NCBI RefSeq assembly: GCF_006345805.1
Contig: NC_042998.1
Span: forward strand, 32,488,001-32,552,000
From: Octopus sinensis
Lineage: Eukaryota
Direction of reading: 5' to 3'
DNA length: 64,000 nt
A program made the position numbers and the translations under genes. A model generated the notes under the pieces. The model did not search any database. It was not told where the DNA came from and was given only the letters and a program-made list of their open reading frames with translations. Shown here one piece after another: positions 23,379 to 34,925 of the stretch (the first letter of the stretch is position 1; the number at the start of each line of letters is the position of its first letter).

Positions 23379-24810
23379 CCGTGCTGGTGGCACGTAAAAA
23401 GCACCAACTGATCGTGGCTGTTTGCCAGCCTCCTCTGGCCCCTGTGCTGGTGGCACATAAAAAGCATCAACTACACTCACAGAGTGGTTGGCGTTAGGAA
23501 GGACATCCAGCTGTAGAAACACTGCCAGATCAGACAGGAGCCTGGAGCAGCCTCCTGGCTTCCCAGACCCCGGTCGAACCGTCCAATCCATGCCAGCATG
23601 GAAAACAAACATTAAACAATGGTGATGATGATGATGATGATGATTCCTAAACCCATCTGTGTGAAGCATCTACAATGTTTACTGCTCTTAGGATGCTGAG
23701 CCTCAACCACAGGCTGCAGAGTTTGTATAATATAGGAATCCTTCATTAAAGATATAATGAAAAATGCAATTATAAATTATTTCTGAATGAAATTATTGAT
23801 GAAAATTGAATTTAAAAATTAACGTGGGTTCAGTTTAATTTTATATTGATATATTTTAAGTATTATCTCTACCATAATAAAAAAATGAAAAATATTTTAA
23901 TGCAAACTTCTAAACATTTTCAAATATTTTCTTCACATTTCATAAGATTAAAAAGCATAAGAGAACTTTAAATTAAAAAAAAAAAATATAAATACAGCTT
24001 AAAATGATTAATAGCAAAAGTTTTGATATCCTTTCCATTTGAGATAAAATTTTATTTCTGTTCTTATGACACTTTCCTAAAATATCTTTGATTAATCAAT
24101 CTAACTCCACAAGTTAACAAATCTTTGTTTGTTTATTAACTTCTTATTTATATAAGTACACAAGTGTTTCTAAGGATTGTATCATTGCATTTGTTTACAG
24201 AATATTTTTGCCAATAATATTTGCTAAGTGCTTCGTCTGTCTTTACGGTCTGAGTTCAAATTCCACCGAGGTCAACTTTGTCTTCCATCCTTTCGGGGGC
24301 AATAAATTTAGTACCAGTTGCATACTGGGGTCAGTGTAATGGACTGGCTCCCTCATCCAAAATTTCAGGCCGTGTGCTTAGAGTAGAGAAGAATATTTGC
24401 AAAGTCCTGACAAATTTCTTTGTTTTTGGTTATGTATTGGAGTTCTATAAGATTTGGGTGCTTTTGAGATAACCTCTGATCGGAAAGACATTGTTATTTA
24501 TAAAATAAATGGGAGATAGGTAAATAAATGCCCTGCTACTGTATATCAAAATGCTGTGACTTCAACTTAAATTATTATGGTAATATTGGTGTTTTAATTT
24601 TGGTACAAGTTCATCAATTTTGGGTTAGAGGGTAAGTCAATTACATCGACCCCGATATTCAACTGCTACTTGTTTTATTGACCCTGAAAGTATGAAAGGT
24701 AAAGCTGACCTCTATAGAATTTGAACTCAGAACGTAAAGACAGATAAAATGCTGCTAAACATTCAGCTCAGCATGTGAATGACTCTGCTAGATGTCTAAC
24801 TTCCATTATA

Positions 24811-25214
24811 TATTTCTTTACTGCCCACAAGGGGCTAAACATAGAGGGGACAAACAAGGACAGACAAAGGGATTAAGTTGATTACATCAACCCAGTGTGA
24901 AACTGGTATTAATTTATCGACCCCGAAAGGATGAAAGGCAAAGTCGACATCAGCGGAATTTGAACTCAGAATGTAACGACAGACGAAATACATATTTCTT
25001 TACTACCCACAAGGAAGTAAACACAGAGAGGACAAACAAGGATAGACAAACGGATTAAGTCGATTATATCGACCCCAGCGCGTAACTGGTACTTATTTAA
25101 TCGACCCCGAAAGGATGAAAGGCAAAGTCGACCTCGGCAGAATTTGAACTCAGAACGTAACGGCAGACGAAATACCACTAAGCATTTCGCCCGGCGCGCT
25201 AACGTTTCTGCCAG
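24811..25214 (-). mobile_element. Dimeric family C SINE
   Basis: Full monomer plus a headless monomer joined at about 24991. The same junction occurs at about 29630, 45061 and 61133. Confidence 0.85.
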
Positions 25215-25706
25215 ATCACTGTCTTCATTCTACCTTCCATTATAGTAATATTAGCAAGTATTCTGAGAATGCGTGAAAACTGAGGCCACAAATAAGCTAA
25301 CATAATATCATAGTCCAATTTTATGCAACAATACTTCTTAAGTGACTTATTGCAGAATTTATTGAGAGCCAACTCTCCCATTGTGGCCATTCTTCATAAT
25401 TGAAGATCTCTCTATGGATTCTATCTGAGCTACTTAACTTCTGCTATATTTCTGGAATTAATATATTACAAACTCTAGTCTAACATACACTATATTTACG
25501 ATGGCTTTTTTTTTTAGTTCCTTTATACAGGTTTTTGCACACCTATTGTAATATTGTTTTGAATTCGTTTTTCAGTAGATAACAAAGTGTCACTTGTATT
25601 TTCAGTATTCACATTTAACCTAGAGTTCTGAGGTCAGAATAGTAACCAGTCTAGTGTTGCTTGTGATACTAAAGTATTTAGATAGTCCAAACCATTTAAT
25701 GATAAG

Positions 25707-26418
25707 CAATAATAAATCTCTGAGCTAGACGTAAACAGTACCAGCATGGAATCATGAAGTATACTTCTTTTCTTTTGTAGGCACAAGGCCCGAAATTTGT
25801 GGGGAGGGGGCCAGTCACTTAGATCGACCCCAGTATGCAACTGCTACTTAATTTATCGACCCTGAAAGGATGAAAGGCAAAGTCGACATCAGTGGAATTT
25901 GAACTCAGAACATAAAGACAGATGAAGTACTGCTAAGCATTTCGCCCGATGTGCTAACGTTTCTGCCAGCTCATTGCTTTAACCATGAAGTTTATTTGCC
26001 ACCTAAATATGGAGGACCCATAGGGGACAATGCTACTGTTGTTTATAGCCCCAGGAAGACATCTCCTCCAGCTGTCTGTGTCCAATTAGTATTTGTGAAG
26101 GGAAATCATCAGCCTTACGTGATACACACAACCTGGGTTTCTGGGTAGTAACCTGTCATCAGCGTGTGACACTTACCAGCTTGCAATGAGAACTCATTCC
26201 AAACAAAAAATACTATATGCTTTTTCCAGTGACAAATGGTCACTGATCTCAAAAAAGGAGAAACAAGTAATAATAAATCTCTGAGTGAGACGTAAACAAT
26301 AGCAGCACAGAATCGTGAAGTATATTAGCCACCTGGAGGACATGTCTTCCTAAGGCTATAAACAACACTAGCATCGTCCTGTATGGGTCCACCACATTTC
26401 GGTGGCAAATGTACTTCA
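25707..26418 (-). mobile_element. Second hammerhead-bearing foldback retroelement, interrupted by a family C SINE
   Basis: 56-bp direct repeat at about 25708 and 26269 (49/56 identical). Inverted arms start at 25986 and end at 26418. Monomer is 330 nt after removing the SINE. Confidence 0.7.
26124..26168 (-). ncRNA. Minimal type I hammerhead ribozyme, diverged subfamily
   Basis: CACACG-CTGATGA-CAGGTTACTACCCA-GAAA-CCCAGG-TT^GTGTGT. The core is intact, stems differ compensatorily from the 18.6-kb copy, and stem I needs one indel. Confidence 0.65.
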
Positions 26419-26419
26419 C

Positions 26420-27535
26420 GGTTTCATGTAATGATAGTTTTAAAGTTATTATTTGTGATCGTGCCACTGCCAGGAAGAGTTGATACCATACCACATAGCA
26501 GTTCTGCTGGACTAAAGCATAGGTCTGTTAAGGCTTAACAGTATGTGTATGTGTTACAAACGAGATATTGGCATAGCAGAAGTTCTTTGATATTCCGATA
26601 CTCAGCAGTGTAATTGGCTGATATTCTAACCTTATATCCATGTTACTTTATGCTTCAGCAGACGCTTTTATGTTGGTGATGAAGATGTTCAGTCATTCAC
26701 TTTGCCACAGGGTAAGACATAGTGTGAATCCTCCTGGTATTGACGTCTAGACTTCTCCCTCTATATCTACGTATTGGGCTAGCCTACTTCATCGTTTGGG
26801 GGCGTCCACACAACACAATAATATACGTATGTGTTATAAGTGAGCCATCTTCATGGTGTAAGATGTGTCATGATGCATCCAAGTAATTTGAGCTGAAGGA
26901 AAAAAAACAATAGAAGAAAACAACCAACAGACCCACTTGCCCAATCGCAGGTAAAATCAAAATCATCAATGATCCCGTTGCAATTTCATAGCAAATTCTA
27001 TACTTGGACTGAAATTACATTTATGCATCCATCACAAATAGCTGCAGGTCCTCAGTGTCTTTTTCTTTTCGTTTTTCCTATTACTTCCCTTAACCTTAAG
27101 TCCTCTCCTTCAAACACTCAAACACGTCAAACACGTCAAAACCAATGGGAGTGACCTTCACCATAAGCGAGCCACTGGCATAGCAGAAGTTCTTGGGGTG
27201 TTCCAATATGATGATGAACTTTTGCTTTTCAACAAGGTATTTAATCCTAGGTTTATAGGATTATATTATCAGACACGAACAGACATTCCTGTTTGTGTCT
27301 GGCCAAATGAACTGAGAGGGAAGGAGTTTTTCTGATGCTGCAACTCCTGCGTGAGATAAATTGTAAAGAGTGGGAAAAAAAAAACTGAGTACTTGTTTAG
27401 CAGGTGCAAAAGGTTCATGACCAGAAGAAATATCCCATGAAGAATGGGACCAGGAGAAATATCCTATGAAGAATGCTTGATGAGAGACCAGGTGGAATTC
27501 TAAAAAAGTATGACAGTTTTGCTGTTATAGTAATT
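26420..27535 (-). pseudogene. Gypsy integrase remnant
   Basis: LYNLSHAGVAASEKLLPSQFIWP..KAKVHHH (HHCC region), TMSYPVAK*MTEHLHHQ (TAYHP.ANG.VERFHRQ-like) and DLCFSPAELLCG. Confidence 0.7.
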
Positions 27536-27551
27536 CTACAACCATTTCCTA

Positions 27552-27588
<37 letters not shown>

Positions 27589-27810
27589 GAGTGAGAGAGC
27601 AGTGCATGCCATCAAAGTGACACTGGAGTAAAATATACGAAGCCCAGTATACCTGTCATGACTACCCATCTGATAAGGGTACACTAGGCACATGCATCAC
27701 AACCATGTGTGCGCGACATGGTGATCTCATATCAAGATAAACAGCACATGACCTTGCAGGTGGGGCCCAGTTAGAATTTTCTTCTGGTTGAATAATCCAT
27801 CCCGTTCAAT
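27589..27810 (-). mobile_element. Family T retroposon within a (TAA)n tail
   Basis: Homologous to 20197-20420, with (ATT)n on both sides. Confidence 0.75.
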
Positions 27811-28224
27811 ATTATTATTATTATTATATGTTTGACTTTTGCTTTATATTTGTACAAGTTGGCTCCAAGTCTCACCCAGAGACCTCAAGAGACAACAGGT
27901 TGGAAGCTCACGTTGTTGTTATGCCTAGTGTGCCATATATTTGGTTGTTTTTTGTGTTGTACTAGTGGATGTCTAAAAAATTTAAAAAAAAAAAATTTTT
28001 TTAAATGTTTGTTTTAAACCTTGAGTTTACATAAAAAGTATTTTGCGTAGAATATGAGCAGTTCCCATGAGCACTATCTTTTGAATTTCTGCCATTTTGG
28101 GGTTTCCTGGTATCTGAGTTAGGTAGCAATCAGCCCCTTTCGCTATCAATACCAGGGCACCTATGACAACCGGTATTGTTTTAGTCTTCAGGTTCCACAT
28201 TTTGCTGATTATTATTATTATCAT
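27811..28224 (-). mobile_element. R4/Dong-like (restriction-like endonuclease) LINE 3' end
   Basis: ISKMWNLKTKTIPVVIGALVLI..IQKIVLMGTAHILRKIL*, then a UTR and an (ATA)n tail. 17-bp TSD AACCATTTCCTATATTA at 27540-27556 and 28225-28241. Confidence 0.8.
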
Positions 28225-28289
28225 AACCATTTCCTATATTAATATCATTTTTTTCCCAAATCAATAGAATCATTGGAGTGCAGAGAATT

Positions 28290-28745
28290 CACATTAACTT
28301 AGGATAAAACATCAGCTGCATAATTCTTGGCGCCCTTGACATAATAAATATCAGCAATAAACCATAATACAAAATCAAAGCAAATTCTCTTGGAGAATGT
28401 TCGTCCAATTTAAACTGAAGAGCAAAAGTTAATGGCTTGTGGTCAGTATATAAGACAAAGATTCTTCCTTCTTGAAAATTGTGAAAATACTTAACAAATA
28501 TGCGGCAAATAATTCCTGACTAAAAATACCACATCTAGTTCCAACTGGTTTTAAATGCTTTGAAAAAATGGTCAAAGGTAACCAAGAATACATAATAAAT
28601 TGCTATAAAACACTAAGAATTCCCACATTAGAAACATTCACTAACAGAAGAAGGGGTGCATCTGGTATTGGGGGATGAGTTAATAGGGTGGCCTAGGATA
28701 ATTTCTCTTTAATTTCATTAAGCAACTGTCATTCTTCAGTGTTAA
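28290..28745 (-). pseudogene. Gypsy RT connection and RNase H remnant
   Basis: ATLLTHP..DAPLLLLVNVS..WLPLTIFSKHLKP..SQELFAAY..EGRIFVLYTDHKPLTF..YVKGAKNYAADVLS. Confidence 0.85.
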
Positions 28746-29450
28746 AAAAAAATCTTTTCTACACTAAGTACAAGGCCTGAAATTCTTGTGGGGTGGGGCA
28801 GTCGATTAGACTGATCTCAGTACATAACTGGTACTTAATTTATCGACCCCGAAAGGATGAAAGGCAAAGTCGACCTCGGCGGAATTTGAACTCAGGACGT
28901 AAAGACAGACGAAATACCGCTAAGCATTTCACCCGGCATGCTAATGTTTCTGCCAGCTCGCTGCCTTTCAGTGTAAAAAGAATGTTTTCTTTCTTCTTTT
29001 TCCTGATGTCATAACAATTCTGTTAAATAAAGAGTAAATCATTTCAGTACAGTGTGGAATAAAATATCTGTAGAAATTCACGTAATTTTTGTAATGAAGA
29101 AGGAACTGAAAACCACAAAATTGCATCTATCTTTTCTGGCATGTGGCAAATGCTATTGCTATCAGTGATGAGGCCTAAAAGGGTTACGGATCAAACACCA
29201 GAAAAACATTTGCTAGTGTCAATCACCTTGCTGTAATATGGTAATCTCGAAAAGAGTTGATTTTGATGACATTTGTACTTTAGTTTTGAAATATATGCAA
29301 TCAATAAAACACCAATGTAAGTAAACTCAAAGTTCAAAGTTCAAACTCTGAGTACCTTCATCAATAAATCTGTGCAAGTATTTCAGTGAATTCGTCAGCC
29401 CAAAATGCATTTTAATGAAATCATATAGTCCAAAAGATGGAATAGTTTAA

Positions 29451-29862
29451 TTCTTTATTGCCCACAAGGTGCTAAACACAGAGGGGACAAACAAGGATAG
29501 ACAAAGGGACTAAGTTGATTACATCAACCCCAGTGCGTAACTGGTACTTATTTAATCAACCCCGAAAGGATGAAAGGCAATGTTGACCTTGGTGGAATTT
29601 GAACTCAGAACGTAGCGGCAGACAAAATACCTATTTCTTTACTACCCACAAGGGGCTAAACACAGAGAGGACAAACAAGGACAGACAAATGGATTAAGTC
29701 GATTATATCGACCCCAATGCGTAACTGGTACTTATTTAATCAACCCCGAAAGGATGAAAGGCAAAGTTGACCTCGGCGAAATTTGAACTCAGAACATAGC
29801 GGCAGACGAAATACCACTAAGCATTTCGGCTGGCGTGCTAACGATTCTGCCAGCTCACTGCC
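29451..29862 (-). mobile_element. Dimeric family C SINE
   Basis: Junction AAATAC|CTATTTCTTTACTACCCAC at about 29630. Confidence 0.85.
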
Positions 29863-29884
29863 TTCAACAAGATGGAATAATTAT

Positions 29885-30790
29885 TGTCTTATGAAAGTCA
29901 CTGGCTTCTATAAAAGACTGATTATAAGCATGAAATAGATCTTTGGAAAACTAGCACCACAAAGAGAGGCTGGGAAATCATGAATATGGGAAATTAGTTA
30001 TTTATTGGGCACTGTTCTAGAATTTGATATCTTGTAGGCTCCATAAGGACATTAATCCCATCCAGTCTTTTTTGACATCATATGGAGAGGAGAAACTATT
30101 TATTAAAAGAAGCTTGAATAATACCAAACTGTAGCATGAAGCTAAATTGCTCTGTAATTTCAAAGATGTCTAGGATTAGCAGAAACAGAAATACCACTTG
30201 TAATGATATGATCTGTTAGTGAAAGTAATGATTTTCTACCACAAAAATTTGGTTGAGTGAGGTTTAGAAACTGACCAGGAAGAGCATGATAATTGTCAGC
30301 TGTAGAAGTAGCAAAGAAGAAAAAAAAGACTGATAATAGCACTCTTAGCACTAAAACCATGTATCTATAAATTAGCAATTAAATGAATTAATTTTTAATT
30401 ATTTTAATCAACTGGGAGACCAAAATGATGAAAAAAATCACTACCAATAATTGGATATGAAAATCAGCTATGATGAAAATTCATTCAAAAACTCCACATA
30501 AATTCAAGTGTAGTATCATAGATGTTTTTTCTTTTTTTTTTCCATAAGTTGGTATTATTGAATGACTTACAGCATGCAAAATAACCCATATCAGCTGCCA
30601 TGTGCCTTGTAAAAATCTCTATGGTCAATGCATTCAGTACCAATATCTACAAGAAAATGAGATTTCAAGGATGAATAAAAAACATAAAACAGGTGACTCT
30701 CTGTTGAAATGTCAGACAATGGCTTTGAAGTAGACGGAAAGAAGTGAGGTTGTATACACTGTTGAACATTCAAGCCTAATTTGTAATAAT
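29885..30790 (-). pseudogene. Gypsy protease and RT N-terminal remnant
   Basis: SHLFYV..SHFLVDIG (DTG-like), YPIIGSDFFHHFGL, DHIITSGISVSANPRHL, MLQFGIIQ..SPLHM and HIHDF..AYNQ. Confidence 0.85.
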
Positions 30791-30999
30791 GCCAACATAC
30801 CAAATTTTTGGAATGTTAAGTGGAACTTACAGGAAAATGAGTTGTTTCAAGACTTGCCATTTTATCTTTGTGTACCGAATCATGCCTTTGCTAAACTTAC
30901 AGAATACCACCAATTCTAAAACAATAGAGGAACTGAAAGAAATAGAGGAATCGGAAAGTGAAATGTCATTAATACCATCCATTTATTTCACCAGTTGAT

Positions 31000-32223
31000 T
31001 GACAGGGGTGTTCTCTCTTACTAATACTAAAATTGCCTGGTAAATGTGATAGGAACAACTATTTCAAGAAATTTCCCTCTCAGGAATTATTTTCAACCAA
31101 TTCCTCATATTTCATAATATAGGCGCAGGAGTAGCTGTGTGGTAAGTAGCTTGCTTACCACCACATGTTCTGGGTTCAGTCCCACTGCGTGGCACCATGG
31201 GCAGGTGTCTTCTACTATAGCCTCGGGCCAACCAAAGCCTTGAGAGTGGATTTGGTAGATAGAAACTGAAAGAAGCCCGTCGTATCTATGTATATATATG
31301 TATGTGTGTCTGCATTTGTCCCCCCAACATCACTTGACAACCGATGCTAGTGTGTTTACGTCCCCCGTAACTTAGCAGTTCGGCAAAAGAGACCGATAGT
31401 ATAAGTACTAGGCTTACAAAGAATAAGTCCTGGGTGTTGATTTGCTCAATTAAAGGTGGTGCTCCAGCATGGCCGCAGTCAAATGACTGAAACAAGTAAA
31501 AGAGTAAAGAGTAAAGAGTTGTGAAGATTCACTAACTAGAAGTTGATGTGAACACTTTTGCCAAGAACTGGGCTTGCAGTTTAATATTTCTAGTTTAACT
31601 TTCTGATACAGCATGGTCCCTGCAGGAGCTGTAATGAAGTCCTTTATTTCACTGCTTAAAGCTTGTGGGAGAACACTTATTAACAAATTAAGTTGATAGG
31701 ACTCTGACTGGATTTTCTTAGTCAAAAAATGTGCTTCCAACTGTGTGAACCAAATTACAGCATCTCCTATCCATGAAGGTCATCATCATCATCTTTGTTT
31801 AACGTCCACTTTCCATGCTAGCATGGGTTGGACGATTTGACTGAGGACTGGTTCACCAGATGGCTGCACCAGGCTCCAATCTTGATCTGGCAGAGTTTCT
31901 ACAGCTGGATGCCCTTCCTAATGCCAACCACTCTGAGAGTGTTGTGGGTGCTTTTACGTACCATTGGCACAGGGACCAGTCAGGCTGTCCTGGCAACGGC
32001 CATGAAAAAATCGTGTTTTTTTACATGTTACCTGCACACTGGCACAAGTGCCAGTAAGGCGACACTGGTAACAATCACGCTCGAATGTTGCTTTTTATGT
32101 GCCACTTAGCTGCTCTAGCAACGATCACGCTCGGATGGTGCTTTTAGTGCTCCACTAGCATGGATGCAAGAATGAAGCTGTTTGTGATACTAAAACAGGA
32201 GTTTCATTATGTAGAGAAGACAT
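31000..32223 (-). pseudogene. Gypsy gag remnant split by two short retroposons
   Basis: ATG at 32223 gives MSSLHNETPV..; PSWIGDAVIWFTQLEAHFLTKKI..LPQALSSEIKDFITAP..YQKVKLEIL; FLK*LFLSHLPGN. Confidence 0.75.
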
Positions 32224-33099
32224 GGTTAAATTTTAATTTCATCTAATTACACTAGTGAGTGATAAAGCAACAGACAGGAACATGTAGGAACAGACAGACA
32301 GACATGTTGCAGAAATATCATCTACTGTCATACATGAAAATACCAAAAACTGGCTAAAAATAGCAGCCAAATATTGTTCTTTGCTGTGGTTGTATGTTAG
32401 AATGATGGAAACAAATGAGGCACAGCACTATATCAGAGTTTGTATTGGCTTTGAGAAATGGCTTATGTAGTTGATGGGTTGTATTCATTCAGATTCCACA
32501 TTTGTAGAGAATTTTTCCAGGTCTATCAGGGTCATCATTTTAATGGTAGGCCATGGAGTTACTAATTTAATAGTGATCTTCATTTTTGTAAGTCTGGTCA
32601 TTAATTCATTATTGGTAATAACACAATATTTGGTAAGCTGAATGTCAAGGGGAGAATGATCACACTTATATATGTATAAGAGGCTGTATACTTCTTGAAG
32701 CATTTGCGTTTACATCATCATCATCATCATTTAACGTCCGTTTTTGATGCTAGCATGGGATGGATGGTTCAACTGGGGTCTGGGAAGCCAGAAGGCTGCG
32801 CCAGGCCCAGTCTTATCTGGCAGTGTTTCAATGGCTGGATGCCCTTCCTAACACCAACCACTCAGTGAGTGTAGTGGGTGCTTTTTACGTGCCACCTGCA
32901 CAGGTGCCAGACGAGGCTGGAAAATGGCCATGATTGTATGGTGCTTTTTATGTGCCAACGGCACGGGGGCCAGACGGGGCTGGCAACGGCCATATATACA
33001 ACAATTATTTGAATATAGTATCATATAATGGATTGTGAATCTGATTGCTAAAAGTCATCATTGCATAAAATAATTTAGTTATCAATATAAAAATAACTC

Positions 33100-33720
33100 A
33101 TAATTAAAGAGAGGACAAATAGAAAAAGTGAAAACATCCTCATCATTGTCATTAAAACTGACCAACAGAGTTTTGTGTAGCAATGAGGTCGTTCTGTTTA
33201 AGAGTTTAATCTCCCAACTTTTATATTGTTCAGTAAAATCTTCTGGAACTTTCAGCTGGACTATTTGGTGGGGAAATTCACAAAACTTACTTTCAAGTCT
33301 ACTGCTATTTGATTACTCACCAGCCAGTCTGATTGATTGAACCATAGTCATGTAGGTATTAATTCTTTTATGATGACTTGGTTAATTTCTTGTAGCTAGC
33401 CTTTGCTTTTTTGTGACAATATAGTTGAGTTTTGGTTCTGTCCTGGGTCTCTGAGTGAGATGGTTCAAAACTCAGCTGAAGCCTTGCAACAAGATATATT
33501 CTATTTATACACCTATTCTGATGACTTCCATATTCCAAATTATTGATAGATGAAAATAGCAACTGTTAATTCATCAACATAGTCTTTATACCCAATCAAG
33601 TTGAAAAAGAATCAGTTGAAGGATTTGCATTCAAATCCTGTCACCAGTGTAGCCATTTGTCTTTGACCAAGAGAGTTTTCAACAGAACAGCCAGATGTAA
33701 ACAGCACTGCATGGTGCTAT
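33100..33720 (-). pseudogene. Possible second Gypsy integrase remnant
   Basis: Weak matches ATLVTG-FECKSFN*FFFNLIGYK and CKASAEF*TISLRDPG. Confidence 0.3.
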
Positions 33721-33879
33721 AGCTCAGTTTTTAACCCTCTCAGACATGGGGCCCTGTGCCTAAGTTTACCCTCCAGCTGGGCTCTTGAGCAAATACATAA
33801 ATATTTGCATTTAGAGCTCAAGATTAACGATAGCAGGGAAACTGAGGGACAGAATCACAGTAAAAACACCTAAAGCTCA

Positions 33880-34550
33880 AGGCTCCAGCAGGGGGGGTGG
33901 CGAACCCTCCTGTATTCTTTCACCACAACTTTCTCTCCCTCTTTCTTCCTGTTTCTGTTGTACCTGTATTTCAAAGGGCCAGCCTTATCACACTCTGTGT
34001 CATGCTGAATCTCCCCAACAACTATGTTAAGTGTACACATGTCTGTGGAGTGCTCAGCCACTTGCACATTAATTTCACAAGCAGGCATAGGAGTGGTTGT
34101 GTGGTAAGTGGCTTGCTTATGAACCACATGGTTCTGGGTTCAGTCCCACTGCATGGCACTTTGGGCAAGTGTCTTCTACTATAGCCTTGGGCTAACCAAA
34201 GCCTTGTGAGTGGATTTGGTAGACGGAAACTGAAAGAAGCCCGTTGTATATATATGTGTGTGTGTGTGTGTGTATGTTTGTGTGTCTGTGCTTGTTCCCA
34301 CCAACATCGCTTGACAACCGATGCTGGTGTGTTTATGTTCCCATAACTTAGCAGTTCGGCAAAAGAGACTTATAGAATAAGTATGAGGCTTACAAAGAAT
34401 AAGTCCTGGGGTTGATTTGCTCGACTAAAGGCGGTGCTCCAGCAAGGCCACAGTCAAATGACTGAAACAAGTAAGTAAAAAAAGTAAGTAAAAGGCTATT
34501 CCATTGATCGGATCAACAGGAACCCCTCGCTGTCATAAGTGACGAAGTAC
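33880..34550 (+). mobile_element. Family A SINE with a nested family B SINE (34086-34490)
   Basis: The family A body breaks at GCAGG and resumes at CTATTCCATTGATCGGATCAAC. Confidence 0.75.
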
Positions 34551-34604
34551 CATGATACGTAATATAGTCTCTACTAGTAATAATAACTGAGTCAAATATA
34601 ACAT

Positions 34605-34890
34605 TGAAAAGGAGGAGGAGGAAGAAGAAGGGGGAGGGGAGGAGGAGGAGGAGGAGAAGAAGGAGAATGAGAATGAGTAGGAGGGGAGGAGGAGAAGGAG
34701 GAGGAGGAGAAGAGAATGAGAATGAGGAGGGGAGGGTGGAGGAGAAGGAGGGGGACTGGAAGGGGAGGAGGAGAATGAGGCGGAGGAGGAGGGGGGAGGG
34801 GAGGGGAAGGAGGAGGAGAAGAAGAAGAAGAAGAAGAAGTAGAAGGAGGAAGAGGAGGAAGAGGAGGAAGAGGAGGAAGAGGAGGAGAAG

Positions 34891-34921
<31 letters not shown>

Positions 34922-34925
34922 GAAA
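34605..34925. repeat. Polypurine (GGA/GAA)n tract
   Basis: Direct. Confidence 0.95.

Larger units (their letters stand above)
25400..32223 (-). mobile_element. Highly decayed Gypsy LTR retrotransposon (gag-PR-RT-RNaseH-IN) with many nested insertions
   Basis: Domains are recognisable in colinear order on the minus strand. LTRs were not identified and the left boundary is approximate. Confidence 0.85.

Noticed and set aside
30820-30905. Two minus-strand GTAAGT donor-like sites
   Set aside because: They lie inside the Gypsy gag-protease remnant.
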